Source of the DNA: Dictyostelium discoideum
Lineage: Eukaryota
DNA: 64,000 nt
NCBI GenBank assembly: GCA_000004695.1
Contig: CM000153.2
Location: 832,001-896,000, forward strand
Direction: 5' to 3'
In this document: positions 36,454 to 50,606 of the stretch, piece after piece
How positions within the stretch are numbered: the first letter of the stretch is position 1
How the letters are laid out: each line of letters starts with the position of its first letter
Notes under the pieces: model-generated
The model's database searches: none
Told to the model about the DNA's origin: nothing
Seen by the model: only the letters and a program-made list of their open reading frames with translations
Program-made: the position numbers and the translations under genes

Positions 36454-38280
36454 ATGGGCAGTACTACACAAATGAGCGATTATCTAGTATCAACAACAAC
36501 AACTTCTTCAGCATCATCAATGGTAACAATGACATCACAAATTGAAAACAATAGTTTAAATAGCAACGATAACACTAACACCACCAACAATAACAACAAT
36601 AACAACAATAACAACAACAACAACAACAACAATAACAACAACAACAACAATAATAATAATATTAATAATAATAATAATAATGGTGGTATGGTTGGAGTTA
36701 ATCATAAAACACATAAAAAGACTGCTTCGATTGGTGGAGGAAAGAATAGGGCGATACTTCATGATTTTACATTTTCTTATTTTATACCAAATCAAAATAG
36801 ATCAGAAGATAATAGCAATGAAAATGAATTGGGTTTAAATAATCATAATGTTCAACATCAAGGTGTAAGATATCTATATATTTTATTATAAACTATATAT
36901 ATATATATTTTACTAATTAATTTTCTTTTTTATATTATATTAGCCAATAATTCATTTAACAAAAAATTTATTACATTTTTATAAAAAGTGTAATTCCAAT
37001 TTCAATTATATATCATCTTTAAATCCAAGACGTGTTTTAACACATCCAAGTGAACCATTATCAAACGATGGGTATGATAATGTTAATTCCGATTATATTG
37101 TTTATGTTAATGATATTATTACCAATAACGAAAGTGGTCAAAAATATAAGGTTTTAGATTCATTAGGTCAAGGTACATTTGGTCAAGTTGTTAAATGCAA
37201 AAATTGTGATACTGATGAATTGGTAGCCATCAAAATTTTAAAAAATAAACAAGCATATTTTCAACAAGGTCGTTTAGAAATTCAAACTTTAAAATCTGTA
37301 AGTAAAAAAAAAAATAAAAAAAAAATAAAAAATTATTATAACTAATATGTTTTTTTTTTTTTTTTTTTATATAATTTAGTTAAATGATCAACATGATCCA
37401 GAAGATAAAAATCATATTTTAAGATTATTAGATTCATTTATACACAAGATGCATTTATGTATTGTTTTTGAATTACTTAGTGTTAATTTATTTGAATTAA
37501 TTAAACAAAATAATTTTAGAGGACTTTCAACCAATTTAATTAAAGTATTTTTAATTCAAATATTGGATGCATTAATAGTTTTAGCAAATGCAAATATAAT
37601 TCATTGTGATTTAAAACCTGAAAATATTTTATTACAAAAGTAATTATATTTGTATTTATATATATATTTATAATTTTAAAAATCATTATATTATTACTAA
37701 TGCTTTTTTTTTTTTTATAATTATAATTTTTTAAATTATTATTATTATTATTATTAATAGTGTTAATTCACCAGCAATAAAAATTATAGATTTTGGATCT
37801 GCTTGTTATGAAAAATCAACACTTTATACATATATACAGTCAAGACATTATAGATCACCAGAAGTATTGGTTGGAACAGTTTATTGTGCATCAATTGATA
37901 TGTGGTCATTGGGATGTATTTCAGCAGAGTTATTTTTAGGATTACCATTGTTCCCTGGTAATTCAGAGTATAATCAAATTTCAAGAATCGTTGAGATGCG
38001 TGGTATATTTCCATCAGATTTATTGGATAAAGGAAAGAGTAGTACTAGATATTTTCATAGACATTTAGGTAGTAACTCTGATGATAATAATAATAATAAT
38101 AATAATAATAATGGTAAACCCTATTATTATACTTTGAAATCGGAAGAGGATTACCAAAGAGATTCAAAAACAACTTTACTTCCATCAAAAAAATATTTTA
38201 ATTATAAAACTTTACCTGAAATTATTCAAAATTATGGTTTCAAAAAAAGTATGTCACCTCAAGATATTGAAAAAGGTAAA

Positions 38281-38372
<92 letters not shown>

Positions 38373-38673
38373 ATTTATAAGGCTAATTTAATATTAATAT
38401 CAATAATATATTATTGTTTTCTGTAGAAAAACAACATAGAATAGTATTCACAGATTTTATAAATGGTTTATTACAATTAGATCCAAATGAAAGATGGTCG
38501 CCAATGCAGGCAAAAGAACATCCATTTATAACGGGTCAACCTTATAATGGGCCATTTATACCTGATCCATCAAAGAAACGACATTTTACTTATAGCCAAC
38601 CAAAACAAATACCTCAACATTCAATGTTAAATGGAAATCAAATTTTAAATCAACACCAACTTTTTCAACAATT

Positions 38674-38763
<90 letters not shown>

Positions 38764-38777
38764 GCATAATCAATTTC

Positions 38778-38813
<36 letters not shown>

Positions 38814-39335
38814 CATCATCACAACAACATATACAGATTCAACCACTTCAACTATTTAGTACACCTTATACATCGACAAATAATACACCAAATCTTAGTA
38901 GTAGTAATAGTGGCAGTAGTTTAAATAATTTAAAGAAATTAAATTTACCACCTTTTAAGCAACAACAACAGCAACAATTTTCAACATCACAAAACTCTGA
39001 TTCATTTAACTTTCCGAATGAATCTTTTTCACCAAGAGGCATATATATTCCATCATCTGCTTCAAATATACAACAACAACAACAACCTATTAATATAAAC
39101 AATAACCAAAATGGTGTTGGATCTCAAGTTTCTCAATTGGCACTCGGTCAAAGTCCATCATTATTTGGTACACCAACTAACATTTATCCACCTTATAGTT
39201 CGATGTACAATAATTCACCAGTTGCCACACCAAATTCACTTTCTTTTTATGGTTCTTCATGGGGTTCCGACAGTAGTAGCATTTCATTAAATCCTTCAAC
39301 ACCAACCCAAAAGCAAATGTTTCAACAACAGCAAT

Positions 39336-39380
<45 letters not shown>

Positions 39381-39527
39381 GTAACAATAACAATGGCAAT
39401 AACACTAACAACATTAATAGTAATAATAATAATAATAATGTTAATAGAAGGAACAGAAGTAAGAGTGATATTCCATCAGATTCATTTTCAAGTTCAGAGG
39501 GAATGGATCCACAATTTAATTTATATC

Positions 39528-39624
<97 letters not shown>

Positions 39625-40928
39625 GCAATTGCAGTACCAACAACAATTCCAAACACTTCAAGATCTCAACATTGAAGGTGAAAAACCTCCGATATACCCA
39701 AATTCACCTCACAGAAAAAGATCTCATTCAGGTTATCTCGATCAATATGCAAATGGTTATAATTCACAACAAACAAACAATACACAGCAACAGCAACAGC
39801 AGCAACAGCAACAACAGCAACAGCAGCAACAGCAACAACAGCAACAACAACATCCATCATTTTTCTCAACAAGAATGCATTTGGATCATTTCAATGGTGG
39901 GAGTAGATATAGATCACAGAGCTATGGAGATCAACAATTTCAACAACAGCAATATAAACAACAACAAAAGAATTTGCACCATCAGCAACAACAACAACAA
40001 AGATTTATGCAAGTTGGATCTCCACCTACTTCCCATTTATCACCTCCAATACCACAATCACCTTTGATGATGTCACAACCACTTCATCAAACATATATTC
40101 CTCAACAACAACAACAACAACAACAGCAGCAACAACAATCACAACCAACTCCATTTACACCTCAAATGATATCACAAGAACCAATAAGCCCAGCATTGAT
40201 GGGTGATGCATCTTCTATTTGGAATCCCTCACCAACCGAGGAATTATTGTTTACAATCGATTTACCAAATCAACAAAATACACCACATCTTACACCATCA
40301 AATTCGAGTACTAATCTTTTAGGTAAATCTGCATCATCACCATTAAAGAATTCAAGTGGTGGTGCGATACCACCAACACCAACCATTCCTATTAATATGG
40401 AGGAAATTAATAATGGATTTTCAAAGTTTCATTTCAATGATCAACCCAGTTGGAATAGTAATGGAAATAGTCCTTGGATGATACAACAACAACAACAACA
40501 TCAACAAGGTTTTAATGGTAATAGTGAATCAATGTATAATGATGATTTAATTGGTTTTAGTCCTTATAATAATTATTCAAATGATTATAGACCACAACTG
40601 TTTAATAAACAATCACCACCTTCTTCCTATAATAGTAATAAATCGTTTTATGGTGGTAGTGGTGGTGGTGGTAATAATAATAACAATAATAATAGTAGAC
40701 CAACAAACCAAAACTTTTCAAATTCATTACTTCCATCACAACAGCAAAATGTAATATTTCCTCAAAATTCACCACCTTCTTCATATAATAGCAGCAATAG
40801 TTTAAGTAAATCTGGTGGAAATACTGTAAAGAATAATAGTAATACAGGAGGCAGACCCAGAGGTGATTCTATGAAACAAAGATTCAATAGCACCAATAAT
40901 TTATTAAGTGGTGGTAGTTATCAGTACC

Positions 40929-41021
<93 letters not shown>

Positions 41022-41263
41022 ATAAAAAAGATACTCCTTCTCTCATGATGTCACCACCTATGAATGGTTTAAAAACCAGTTCAGAGATTGGTATTCCATC
41101 TGAAGAAATTAGATACCAATATCAACAACAACAATTACAACAACAATTTCAACAGCAACAACAACAACAGCAACAGCAACAAATTCAACAGCAATTACAG
41201 CAACAGCAAGCTCCTCCACAAAATAGAAAACAGGTTGTTATTGGTTCATATAGAGAGACATAA
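36454..41263 (+). CDS. yakA: DYRK-family protein kinase YakA, 1458 aa, 5 exons.
   Basis: Exons are 36454..36864, 36944..37297, 37380..37639, 37761..38275 and 38427..41263. All junctions are GT..AG with consistent phases. Total coding length is 4374 nt, exactly 1458 codons. The DYRK-homology box is SNDGYDNVNSDYIVYV. The kinase core includes GQGTFGQVVKC, HCDLKPENILL, DFGSAC, YIQSRHYRSPEVL and DMWSLGC. The C-terminus is very long and poly-Gln rich. Confidence 0.93.
38282..38371. repeat. (TTA)n microsatellite, about 30 units, inside yakA intron 4.
   Basis: A perfect run. The spurious ORF 37867..38391 reads it as poly-Ile. Confidence 0.95.
38675..38763. repeat. (CAA)n poly-Gln-encoding repeat in yakA exon 5. 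Further arrays lie at about 39527..39627, 39780..39850 (CAACAG) and 40929..41020.
   Basis: Long uninterrupted caa runs are translated as Q tracts in ORF 38414..41263. Confidence 0.95.
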
Positions 41264-41330
41264 TTTGTTAAAATATATACAATAATAAATTATAATTTGA
41301 AATGCTGATCATCATTCTATGATCCACTCC

Positions 41331-41369
<39 letters not shown>

Positions 41370-41650
41370 TTATTTAATAAAAAAAGTAAACAGAAAATTA
41401 CACTCTTTATTTTAATTTTTTATTATTTTAAAATATCTAATATTTTTTAAAGGATACTTCTTTGTTCTTTATAAAAAAAAAATATCTCAAAATATCTTGA
41501 AATTCTTTGATTTGATAAAAAAGTTTTATTGTAAATTAAAAAAATCTTTTTTTTTTTTTTTTTTTTTGGGATTTTTTTTTTTTTTTTTTTTAGTTTATAA
41601 CGGCCCCTTAAAACTAGTAAAAAAAAAAAAAAAAAAATAAACAAAAAAGA

Positions 41651-42381
41651 ATGTTTAACATTCAACTTTTAATTTTTATAATTATTTTTTCTTTTATTTC
41701 ATTATCTTTTGGTCAGCTAGCCTTGGAAGAAAGTAATTTTTTTTTTAAAAAAGAAAAAAAAAAAAAAAAACATTAAAACTAACATTTAATATAAAATAGA
41801 GGAATCCATTGATATATTATTAAATAGTTACAATTTATTACCAATATCGAATAATAATTATTGTGAATTACCTCAATATTTTTTATGTGATGCTACAAAT
41901 AGCACAATCCTAAAAATGTAATACGAAACTATTTTTATAATTTTATAATTATAATCTAAAAAAATTTTGTTTTATTAATATATATATATATATTTATATA
42001 TATTGATACTTATATCTCTATATATATTAATTAATATTTAAAAGAAATTTAAATGGTGATTTTAATAATTTTACAATTTTTCCAAATGGCACAATAGATA
42101 AATTTACCAAATTAAGGGATATTTCAATAAAAAACTCAGTTTTATCAAATTTATTTTTTGATGAAATGCCCGCATTATTAAAAAATTTGGATTTAGATAA
42201 TTGTTCAATTTCATCATTCCCAAACTATTTCAAAAATCTCCTTTCTTTAACCATGAACGATGTAGATTTTAATGGAGATATTTCTTCTTTTGCAATCAAT
42301 AGCTTATTGACTTTGTATGTAAAATTATTATTATCATTATTATCAATATCATTATTATTATTATTTTTATTATTTTTATTA

Positions 42382-42465
<84 letters not shown>

Positions 42466-45453
42466 TTGTAATTTTAAAATTTTGAAGAAAAGGAAATTAA
42501 CAATTAATAATAATTAAAAATTTTAGTAAATTAACATACTCTTCAAGTGATAAAATTAAAAATTATCAAATTTTAAAAACCAATCAAACAAGAAGTCCAA
42601 AAAATATTAATGAACATATTATAACTGTAAATAATATAGTTTACAATGAATTCGATACTTATGGATATTTGTTTGTATTTAATTTTAATATTCTTTATTT
42701 ATTTTTTTTATTTTTTTTTTTAAAATTAATTTTTAATACAAAATATCAATAAGGAAATTTATTTTAGGAAAATATTTTATTCAAGATAGTTTTAATGAAA
42801 TTGGAAACATTACAACAAAAGATTTATCAATTATTGATGTTGGTCATTTTAATCAACAAATTACAATTCCTTTAGAAATAACTTCCGCTTCAGATTCTAT
42901 TTCATTTAGAAATATTCAATTCAACACTGATGACCATGAATATTTAAATTTTAATAATATCCAAATATATGTTTTGTATGTAAAAAAATCATTTAATTTT
43001 TAATTACTTTTTTTAAAATAAAAAATTTACTAACAAATAGATACTTAATAAAATAAATAAAAAAAATCAATTAGGTCTTTTTTTAATTGTTCTGGGTTAA
43101 TAAATTCAAATGAAGATTTAAAGATTAACATTTTGGGATCTTTAAAATTTTTGTAAATAATTTTTTGAATTTTACAAAAAAAAAAAAAAAAAAAAAAAAA
43201 AATCTACTAATTATTATAATATTGTTATATAACAATATTATTAATATTATTATTTATTTATTTATTTAAAAAATAATAGTGTATTCAATAATTCAAATTT
43301 AAAGAAAATTCCATATTTTTATATAGGTCTTGAGGGATTGGATTTATCAAATAATCAAATAATTGGTGAATTACCAGATGTAGAAGAACCTGAGAAAAAT
43401 GAAAATGTAAGATCCATTAACCTATCAAATAATCTTATTCAAGGTACAATACCACCAAATTATTGTTATCATGGTGTTATACTTTCAAATAATAATTTAA
43501 CAGGTGATATTCCAATGTGTTTTATATGTCAATTAAATGATGAATATAGTAGAAATAGAATTAATGGTAATAATTTCAATAATTATATTAGTGGATCAAC
43601 AAATGGTTTTCCAACATGTTCTGGTATAAAGTTTACGTCAAATGCAATTTTCTCACCAGGATATGGTAGTATACAAGCAAGAGGTATAAATTTTGGATGG
43701 CAACCAAATAATTTTAGTCAAGATAATATTTTTTCAACACCAGAATTGAAATTTACAGTAAATATTCCAAATAAAGAGATTTATTCGTTTGGTTACTATA
43801 ATGGTTTGTGGGAGAAATTAGAGAAAACAAACTTTACTGCCAATGTTCATTTCGAAATTCCAAATTTAAATGCAACTTTGAAATTTGATATTTTACCACC
43901 AACATTTTCAGATGTAATAGTTATTCCATATGTGAATTTAGGTTATGTATTTACGATTATTGGGCAAGGTATATCAACATATGGTTACAATTCAACTGTA
44001 GCTGTTGATGATTTTAATTGCATTTCCTTTTTCTCTTCAACTAGTATTATAAGATGTATTGTTTATCAACCACAACTAGCTGAAAAAATATATAAAATCA
44101 CAGTTTTTAATAATCAAACAAAATTAACTGGTTCATATCAATATAAATTTGAAAGATTATATCCATTTATTATCTCTGTGAATCCAACAACAATTCAAGG
44201 TGGACTTGCTTCTTTTTATGGTAGTTATGGAATTAACAGTACAAATGTAACCCTTTTTGTTGGTGATCAACAATGTCAAAATATATCATTCGATCCACTA
44301 TTAATTAAATGTACCATTGGTCCTGGAGTAGGTGTTCATTCAATTAATTTAACTGTTGATGGTGTTAATTGGATAGGTAAAAATATATATACTTTTTTAT
44401 TGGAAAAACAAAATTGTCCAGGTGATGATAAACAATGTAATGGAAATGGTGATTGTATAGATGGTAATTGTTTTTGTTTTAGTGGTTTTGGTGGTTTAAA
44501 GTGTTCAAATGGTAAGTTTTTAAAAATTGGAAAAAAAATAACAAAAAAAAATAAATAAATAAAAAACAAAATATTAATATCATTTCATTATATTTATTCT
44601 TAAAATTATAGTTATTGAAACTTCAATTAAAATAAAAAAGAATGATACATTAATTGAGATGATAAAAAATGGTTATTCGTTTGGTTTTTCTATAAAGGAT
44701 ATAAGAGAGATTGATATTACAGAAAAAGTTGTTAGACAACATAATTTCACAAAATGGACTTTAACCCCAGATTCAACCTTACAAAAATGGACATATATAA
44801 ATAAATTTGGAAATTCAATCATTTCTTATACGATTGAACAAATTATTGGTGAAGCTAAAAATTATACATTTGCTGGAGAATTAATTATACTTCAACCTGG
44901 TTCTTTAAAATTATCAGCAAACATTTCAAATTGGGAATATTTAGGATCATTAAATACATTACAACTTAGAATTGAATCGTCAGTTAAAGCTCAACAAGAG
45001 AATGAATGCGAACAAACATCAAATATCCAATCAAATGGTAATGGTTTCTCTTTGAATTATATCACCATTCAAAAAGATAAAAATATATTTAGTGGTAGAT
45101 TTATTGATAAGGTGGTTTCAGATGGTAGACCTACCTTTTCCAAAGTTTCAATTTCTGAACAAAGTGAAAATTCAATTACAGTATCAATTTCTTTACCCTA
45201 TTGTAAAGAATGTTTAATTGATCCTGATTTCTCTGTAATGATAAATCCTGATATACCTTCAAATCCATGTAGTAATAATCAACCATCAAAATTAAAATGG
45301 GTTATACCAGTCAGTGTAATTTTAGGTTTATTAGGTTTATTTGGTATATTTGCAATTGTATTCTTTTTAGCAAGAGATCGTATTTACATCTCTAGAAAAG
45401 GTGGAATTATTATATTAAAAAAAATTAAAAAAACCTCAAAAATGAATGAATAA
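41651..45453 (+). CDS. Type I membrane glycoprotein with signal peptide, LRR segments, IPT/TIG domain, EGF-like module and a single TM (Tgr-like). Multi-exon. Paralogue of 24410..27921.
   Basis: Exon 1 is 41651..41732 (MFNIQLLIFIIIFSFISLSFGQLALEES, donor GTAATT). Exon 2 is 41800..41917. Exon 3 is 42045..about 42318 (LRR: LKNLDLDNCSISSFPNYFKNLLSL). There are more small LRR exons at about 42527..42980. The large exon is 43327..44511 (LDLSNNQIIGELP; IPT PFIISVNPTTIQGGLASFYG; EGF CPGDDKQCNGNGDCIDGNCFCFSGFGGLKC; donor GTAAGT). The last exon is 44612..45453 (TM VIPVSVILGLLGLFGIFAIVFFL). Placement of the middle exons is approximate. Confidence 0.6.
42390..42463. repeat. (TTA)n microsatellite in an intron of the LRR/IPT gene.
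   Basis: Perfect ttattatta... run. Confidence 0.9.
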
Positions 45454-45705
45454 ATTAAAAATAAACAAAATAAATAAAAATCATTTAATTTTAAATAAAA
45501 TAAATATTACAAAATTAACTATAAATTAAATAAAAAAAGTTTTTATTCTTTATTTTATTTGTAAACATTTATTGATTCTTTATTTTACTTTTATTTTTAT
45601 TTTTTTTTATTTTTTTTTATTTTTTTTTTTTATATATTATTACCATTTTTTATTACTATTATTTTTTATTTATTTTTTTATTTTTTTTTTTGTATATATA
45701 CTTGT

Positions 45706-46885
45706 TTACATTTCATAACCTAAAAACACATCCCATGTCATTTGGTTATTACAAACAGCAGAAATATCGGTTAAAAGAGCTTTAAACTTTGATTGATTTG
45801 TGAGTAATAAAAGTTTTGAAAGTCTTTCTCTTTCAAAGAAAGGAGTATCAATTGGTAACCAAGTTGATTGAATAAAGCATTCTAATAAAATTTTTTGATG
45901 ATCAATTGATGAATATTTGGAAACTATAATAATTTAAACAAAAAAAAAAAAAAGAAATATAAATATATTTGATATTAATAAAAAGAAAAAAAAAAAAATT
46001 ATTCAAACAAAAAAATATTTTTAAAATTAAAACCAAAAGTTTAAAAACTATAGTAACACTTACTCCAACGATATAAAAATAAAGAAATTTGATTAATTAA
46101 TTCTCTACTTTGATCATTGACCAATGCTTTAAAAGTATTTGTTAAAATTCTTGCGCTATAATTTTGTAATAAGGATTCGTGAGGATTCATTACAATAAAT
46201 AATTGATTTAGGAAATCGAGAATACTCTTTATAGACTCATTTTCCATATTTAATAAAAATTCTATTGATAAATCTATTACTTGAATTAAATTTGGTGATG
46301 AATTAAATGCACTTGGACATTTTTCTAGTGTCTTTAATAATGTTTTATAAATTCTTGTTATAGTTGGTATACTTGAACTACCATCTAAAAAAAAAAAAAT
46401 AATAATAAAAATTAATTTTAAATTTCTAAAAAAAAAAATAAAAAAAATAAATAAATATATATACTACTTACTTTCAATTAAAATTGGTAGAGATCTATTG
46501 ATTAATGTTCCTATTAAATTTATGAAATGATTTTGATAATTTTGATCTTTACCAAAAAAGTCAATTAAAAGATCAATCACTTGATAAACTGATGAACCAA
46601 TAGTTTTAAATTGATTTATTATTGATAATAATAATTGGAATGTATTATCTAAAAATGTAAATTGTTTTTCCAACTCCATTATTATCTTCCAAAATACCAT
46701 CCATAATTGTTCCAATAATAAAACATCGAAATTTAATACTGCTAAATGATTAATCTCCTCTAAAATCCCCCAAATTGATATTATAAATTCTTTAAATAAT
46801 AAATTTGAATCTTCTGGAAAACTATTTGTAAAATAAAGTTAAAAAAAAATTAAAAAATTAAAAAAAGATTAGATATACTTTTATT

Positions 46886-46929
<44 letters not shown>

Positions 46930-48894
46930 CTTACTTTAAAGTTGATTCTAAAATTGATAAACCATTTATAAGTAATTGACTCTTTTCTTGATAATTATCA
47001 TTTGATAATAATACCAATTGTTTTAATGAAGCTGAAATTGGATTTACCAATCTTGATAAATAAGGTGGTACCTTTTCTGATGACATTTGATCTAATAACT
47101 TTAAAATTGAGTCTATATAAGTTTTTTGCTCTTCAATAGTTAATATACTATTAATTGGTTCAACCGTTTTAAAAACATTATCAACTTTTTTATATAATCT
47201 ATCTCCAAATTTATCTGCAAAACTAGATAACATTTTCACTTTTTTTTTTTTTCAAAAATAATAAAATAAAAATAATAAATTTTAGTAAACTATTATTATT
47301 ATTATTATCATTATCAAAATAAAATAAAAAATAAAAAAAACTTACAAGTTGGTAATCTAATTTCTTCATGTTGAATTAAACTTAAAATATAATTAAAAGA
47401 TGGTGTTAATAAATCAGATTCTGAAATGAATTCACCATAATCCTCTAAAAGATATAAAATTGTTAAAGATAAAGTTGAATGATATGGTAATTGAAGTGAA
47501 TATGATAATATCCATGCTGCTTTATTTGGATCATCATCCTCTATTACATTTGAACAAACACATCTAAATACATAATAAACAACTTCAAATGATTGCCATG
47601 ATTTACATTGATTCTTTAATAAATTTTGTGTATATTCTATAAATTGATCAGCTCCAATCATTTCAAAACATGATACAATAATATCACAAACATTATTTCT
47701 ATAATTGGAAACATCATCTGCTAAATCACTATCTATTAAATTTAAATTTAAAATAAAAAAAATAAAAAATAAAAAATGTTAATAATAAATAATTTTTTTT
47801 TTCTTTTTTTTTTCTTTTTTAAAAAAAAGATTGCACATACTTGGTCTAACTTTTTCAATATTTGAAGGATAAGAAGATCTTTCTAATAAAAGTTGAAGTA
47901 ATTTTGCATATAATTTTTGAAATGGTTCACCAGCAGTTGAAGCATCTAAAAGTGAAGCATGTTCACTATGTAATGACCATGCATCAAATGTAATCTCTGA
48001 AATCTCTTTATTTGGATGTGAACAAAGCTCTAATAAAAATGTTAAACATTGTTGAACTTCTAAAATATTTACATCTAACATAATTGGTGCATAACATTCA
48101 ACTATTTGTGATAATACATCTGCAAATGCTCTACAAATAAATAAGTTATCATCTTTTAAAAAAATAAAAAAATAATAAAAAATAAAAAAATAAAATAAAA
48201 ATTACAATTTATTAATAAAAATTCTTCAAAATTATAATATATAATTCTACTTACTTTGAATTGATTCTTCATACATTGGTTTTAATCCCATTAATACTTT
48301 AATAGTTGGTGCAATTAAATGTTGAAAATTTGCTTGATCTGGAATTTGATTATTTTGTGCTGGACGTGCATTGGTTGAAATTAAAGAAATATATGTATGG
48401 AAATTAATTAAATCACCAATTAAACTTAAACACTCTATTATAGTTTCTTGATTATTTATAATTTTAAAAATATTATTTAATAAATTTGCTTTAATTAAGA
48501 CCCTAAATTTTATGTTAACATAAACAATTAGTATTTTTATTTTATTTTATTTTATTTTTATTAAAAATTTTAAAAAAAAAAAAACTTACTTTGAATTTGA
48601 AAATCTAATCCAATGTCTTACACATTTTAATAATAATATATTGAATTGACTTGAAATATTTAAAGATAAAAAATTTGAGATTGTATTGATCACTTGTTCA
48701 GAGTGACCATAAAAATCTTCTTTGATTGCTGTTCTTCTAGAGTTTGATAAGATTACAGTTTCAAACTCTAATGGTAATAAACATAATATATCCAATGAAC
48801 TCCTTTTAATTGATTCTGATGATTCGCTACTATGTAATAATTTTAACATATCATCTATACAATGTTCCCATAGTCTTGGTAAACTATGAATCCC

Positions 48895-48925
<31 letters not shown>

Positions 48926-49475
48926 AGTTTATTTATATAATATATATATATATGTAAATATACTACTACTTACTAACAGCAGATAAACAAGAACAAATTT
49001 TTGAAGTGAAAACTTGATTAATTTGATCCTTTTCAGAAAGAAAACGTGAATAAATTATATTTTTAATGTTTACTCTAAATTCATCACTCCATTTGGATTC
49101 CCACTCACTGTGAATCTTTATATATAATGTTTGAATACCAAAGAATTGTGAAAAGAATGGTTGGTTACTCTTTATTAATTCTAAACAAATTGGTACTATA
49201 TTTTGATGATTTTGAAATTCTAATAACCATTTATTAGCTTCATTTTGTAAATTATTATCATGGTGGGTAAACAATGTTTGTAATACTTTTTCAATTTGTT
49301 CGATACTTGGTGTAACTATATTAACATTATTATTATTATTATTATTGTTATTATTATTATTATTATTACTATTATTATTTGATTGTTGGGGTGGTGAAGA
49401 TGGTGTTGATACTATTACATTATTATTACTATTGGTCGATGATGTTGATTCATTTGAAATTTTTAGTGTGCTCAT
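45706..49475 (-). CDS. Importin-beta family nuclear transport receptor (exportin/importin-13-like karyopherin). At least 8 exons.
   Basis: Exon 1 is 48974..49475 (donor GTAAGT). It carries an importin-beta N-terminal (IBN_N) signature: QNEANKWLLEFQNHQNIVPICLELIKSNQPFFSQFFGIQTLYIKI. A chain of minus-strand helical-repeat ORFs (48586..48849, 47779..48081, 47314..47661, 46931..47239, 46464..46715, 46041..46247) is joined by short AT-rich introns. The C-terminal exon ends ...MTWDVFLGYEM* at 45706. Internal exon boundaries were not all resolved. Confidence 0.65.
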
Positions 49476-49535
49476 TTTTTTTTTTATTTTATTTTATTTA
49501 TTTTTAATATATATTTTTATTTTATTTTATTTTAT

Positions 49536-49590
49536 TTTTATTTTTATTTTTATTTTTATTTTTATTTTTATTTTTATTTTTATTTTTATT
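49536..49590. repeat. (TTTTTA)n hexanucleotide microsatellite in the karyopherin/MOB1 divergent promoter.
   Basis: About 10 tandem units of ttttta. Confidence 0.85.
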
Positions 49591-49670
49591 ATTATAATTA
49601 TTAGTTTTACTTTTTTTATATTATTATTAGTTTTATATTAATTTCGTGATTTTATTGTTTTGTTTTTGTT

Positions 49671-49718
<48 letters not shown>

Positions 49719-49754
49719 CAATAGGCCAAAAAAATATTTATTTTTAAAAAATGA

Positions 49755-49793
49755 AAGGGGCTGTTTCCCTTTGGGAGGGTGAAAAGGAAAGGG
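49755..49793. promoter_or_regulatory. G-rich island (G-box-like) in an AT-saturated divergent promoter.
   Basis: The sequence AAAGGGGCTGTTTCCCTTTGGGAGGGTGAAAAGGAAAGGG is surrounded by more than 90% A+T sequence. It lies between the karyopherin start (49475, minus) and the MOB1 start (50607, plus). Confidence 0.35.
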
Positions 49794-50061
49794 TTTTTTT
49801 TTTTTTTGAAAAATGAAAAAATGAAAAAAAAAAAAAAAAAAAAAAAAAAATGAAAAAAAAAAAAAAAAAAAGTGAATTAAAAAAACAATGATTACATAAA
49901 TAACAGATATTTTTAAAATAATTTTGAAAATAAAAAAAAAAAATAAAAATAAATATAAAAAAAAAAAAAATTCGGATTTTATTTTTAGACCATCGGAATA
50001 AGTGCTATGTATATTTTCAAAATTTATTGGATTTTATTATAAAACTCATAGTTTTTTTTTT

Positions 50062-50094
<33 letters not shown>

Positions 50095-50606
50095 CTATAT
50101 TTTATTTTTAAAACATTTTTACAATTGATTTTCCCAAAAAAAAAAAAAAAAGGAAAAAATTAATTTATTTATTCAATTTATTACATTTTTTTTAAAATAG
50201 AAAAAGAAAAAAAAAAAATTAAAGAAAAAATTTAAAAAAAGAAAATAATAATTGATTAATCAAAACAAATGCAATAAAAATACTAAGTTTTTTTTTTTTT
50301 TTTTTTTGATTTTTTTTTTTTTGATTTTTTTTTTTTTTTTCTAAAACTTTTTTTTTTTGATTTTTTTTTTTTTTTTTTTTTTTTTATTTTAATTTTTTTC
50401 CTCATAAAAAAAACAATTTTCAACTGTATTAATAATTCTTCACACCCACCTCCCCCAATAAATTGTACTTTTAATCATATAATTATTTATTTATTTATTT
50501 ATTTATTATTTATTTAATCATATTATAAACCACAAATTCATAAAAAAAAAAAAAAAAAAATCAAAAAATCAAATAAAGAAATAAAGAAAAAAAAGAAAAT
50601 CAAAAA

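Noticed and set aside
38586-40784. Several alternative-frame ORFs inside yakA exon 5 (38586..38846, 38866..39102, 39393..40067, 39666..39872, 40551..40754, 40602..40784).
   Set aside because: These are out-of-frame or antisense readings of CAA/AAC repeat arrays (poly-V, poly-C, poly-N, poly-Y) and not independent genes.
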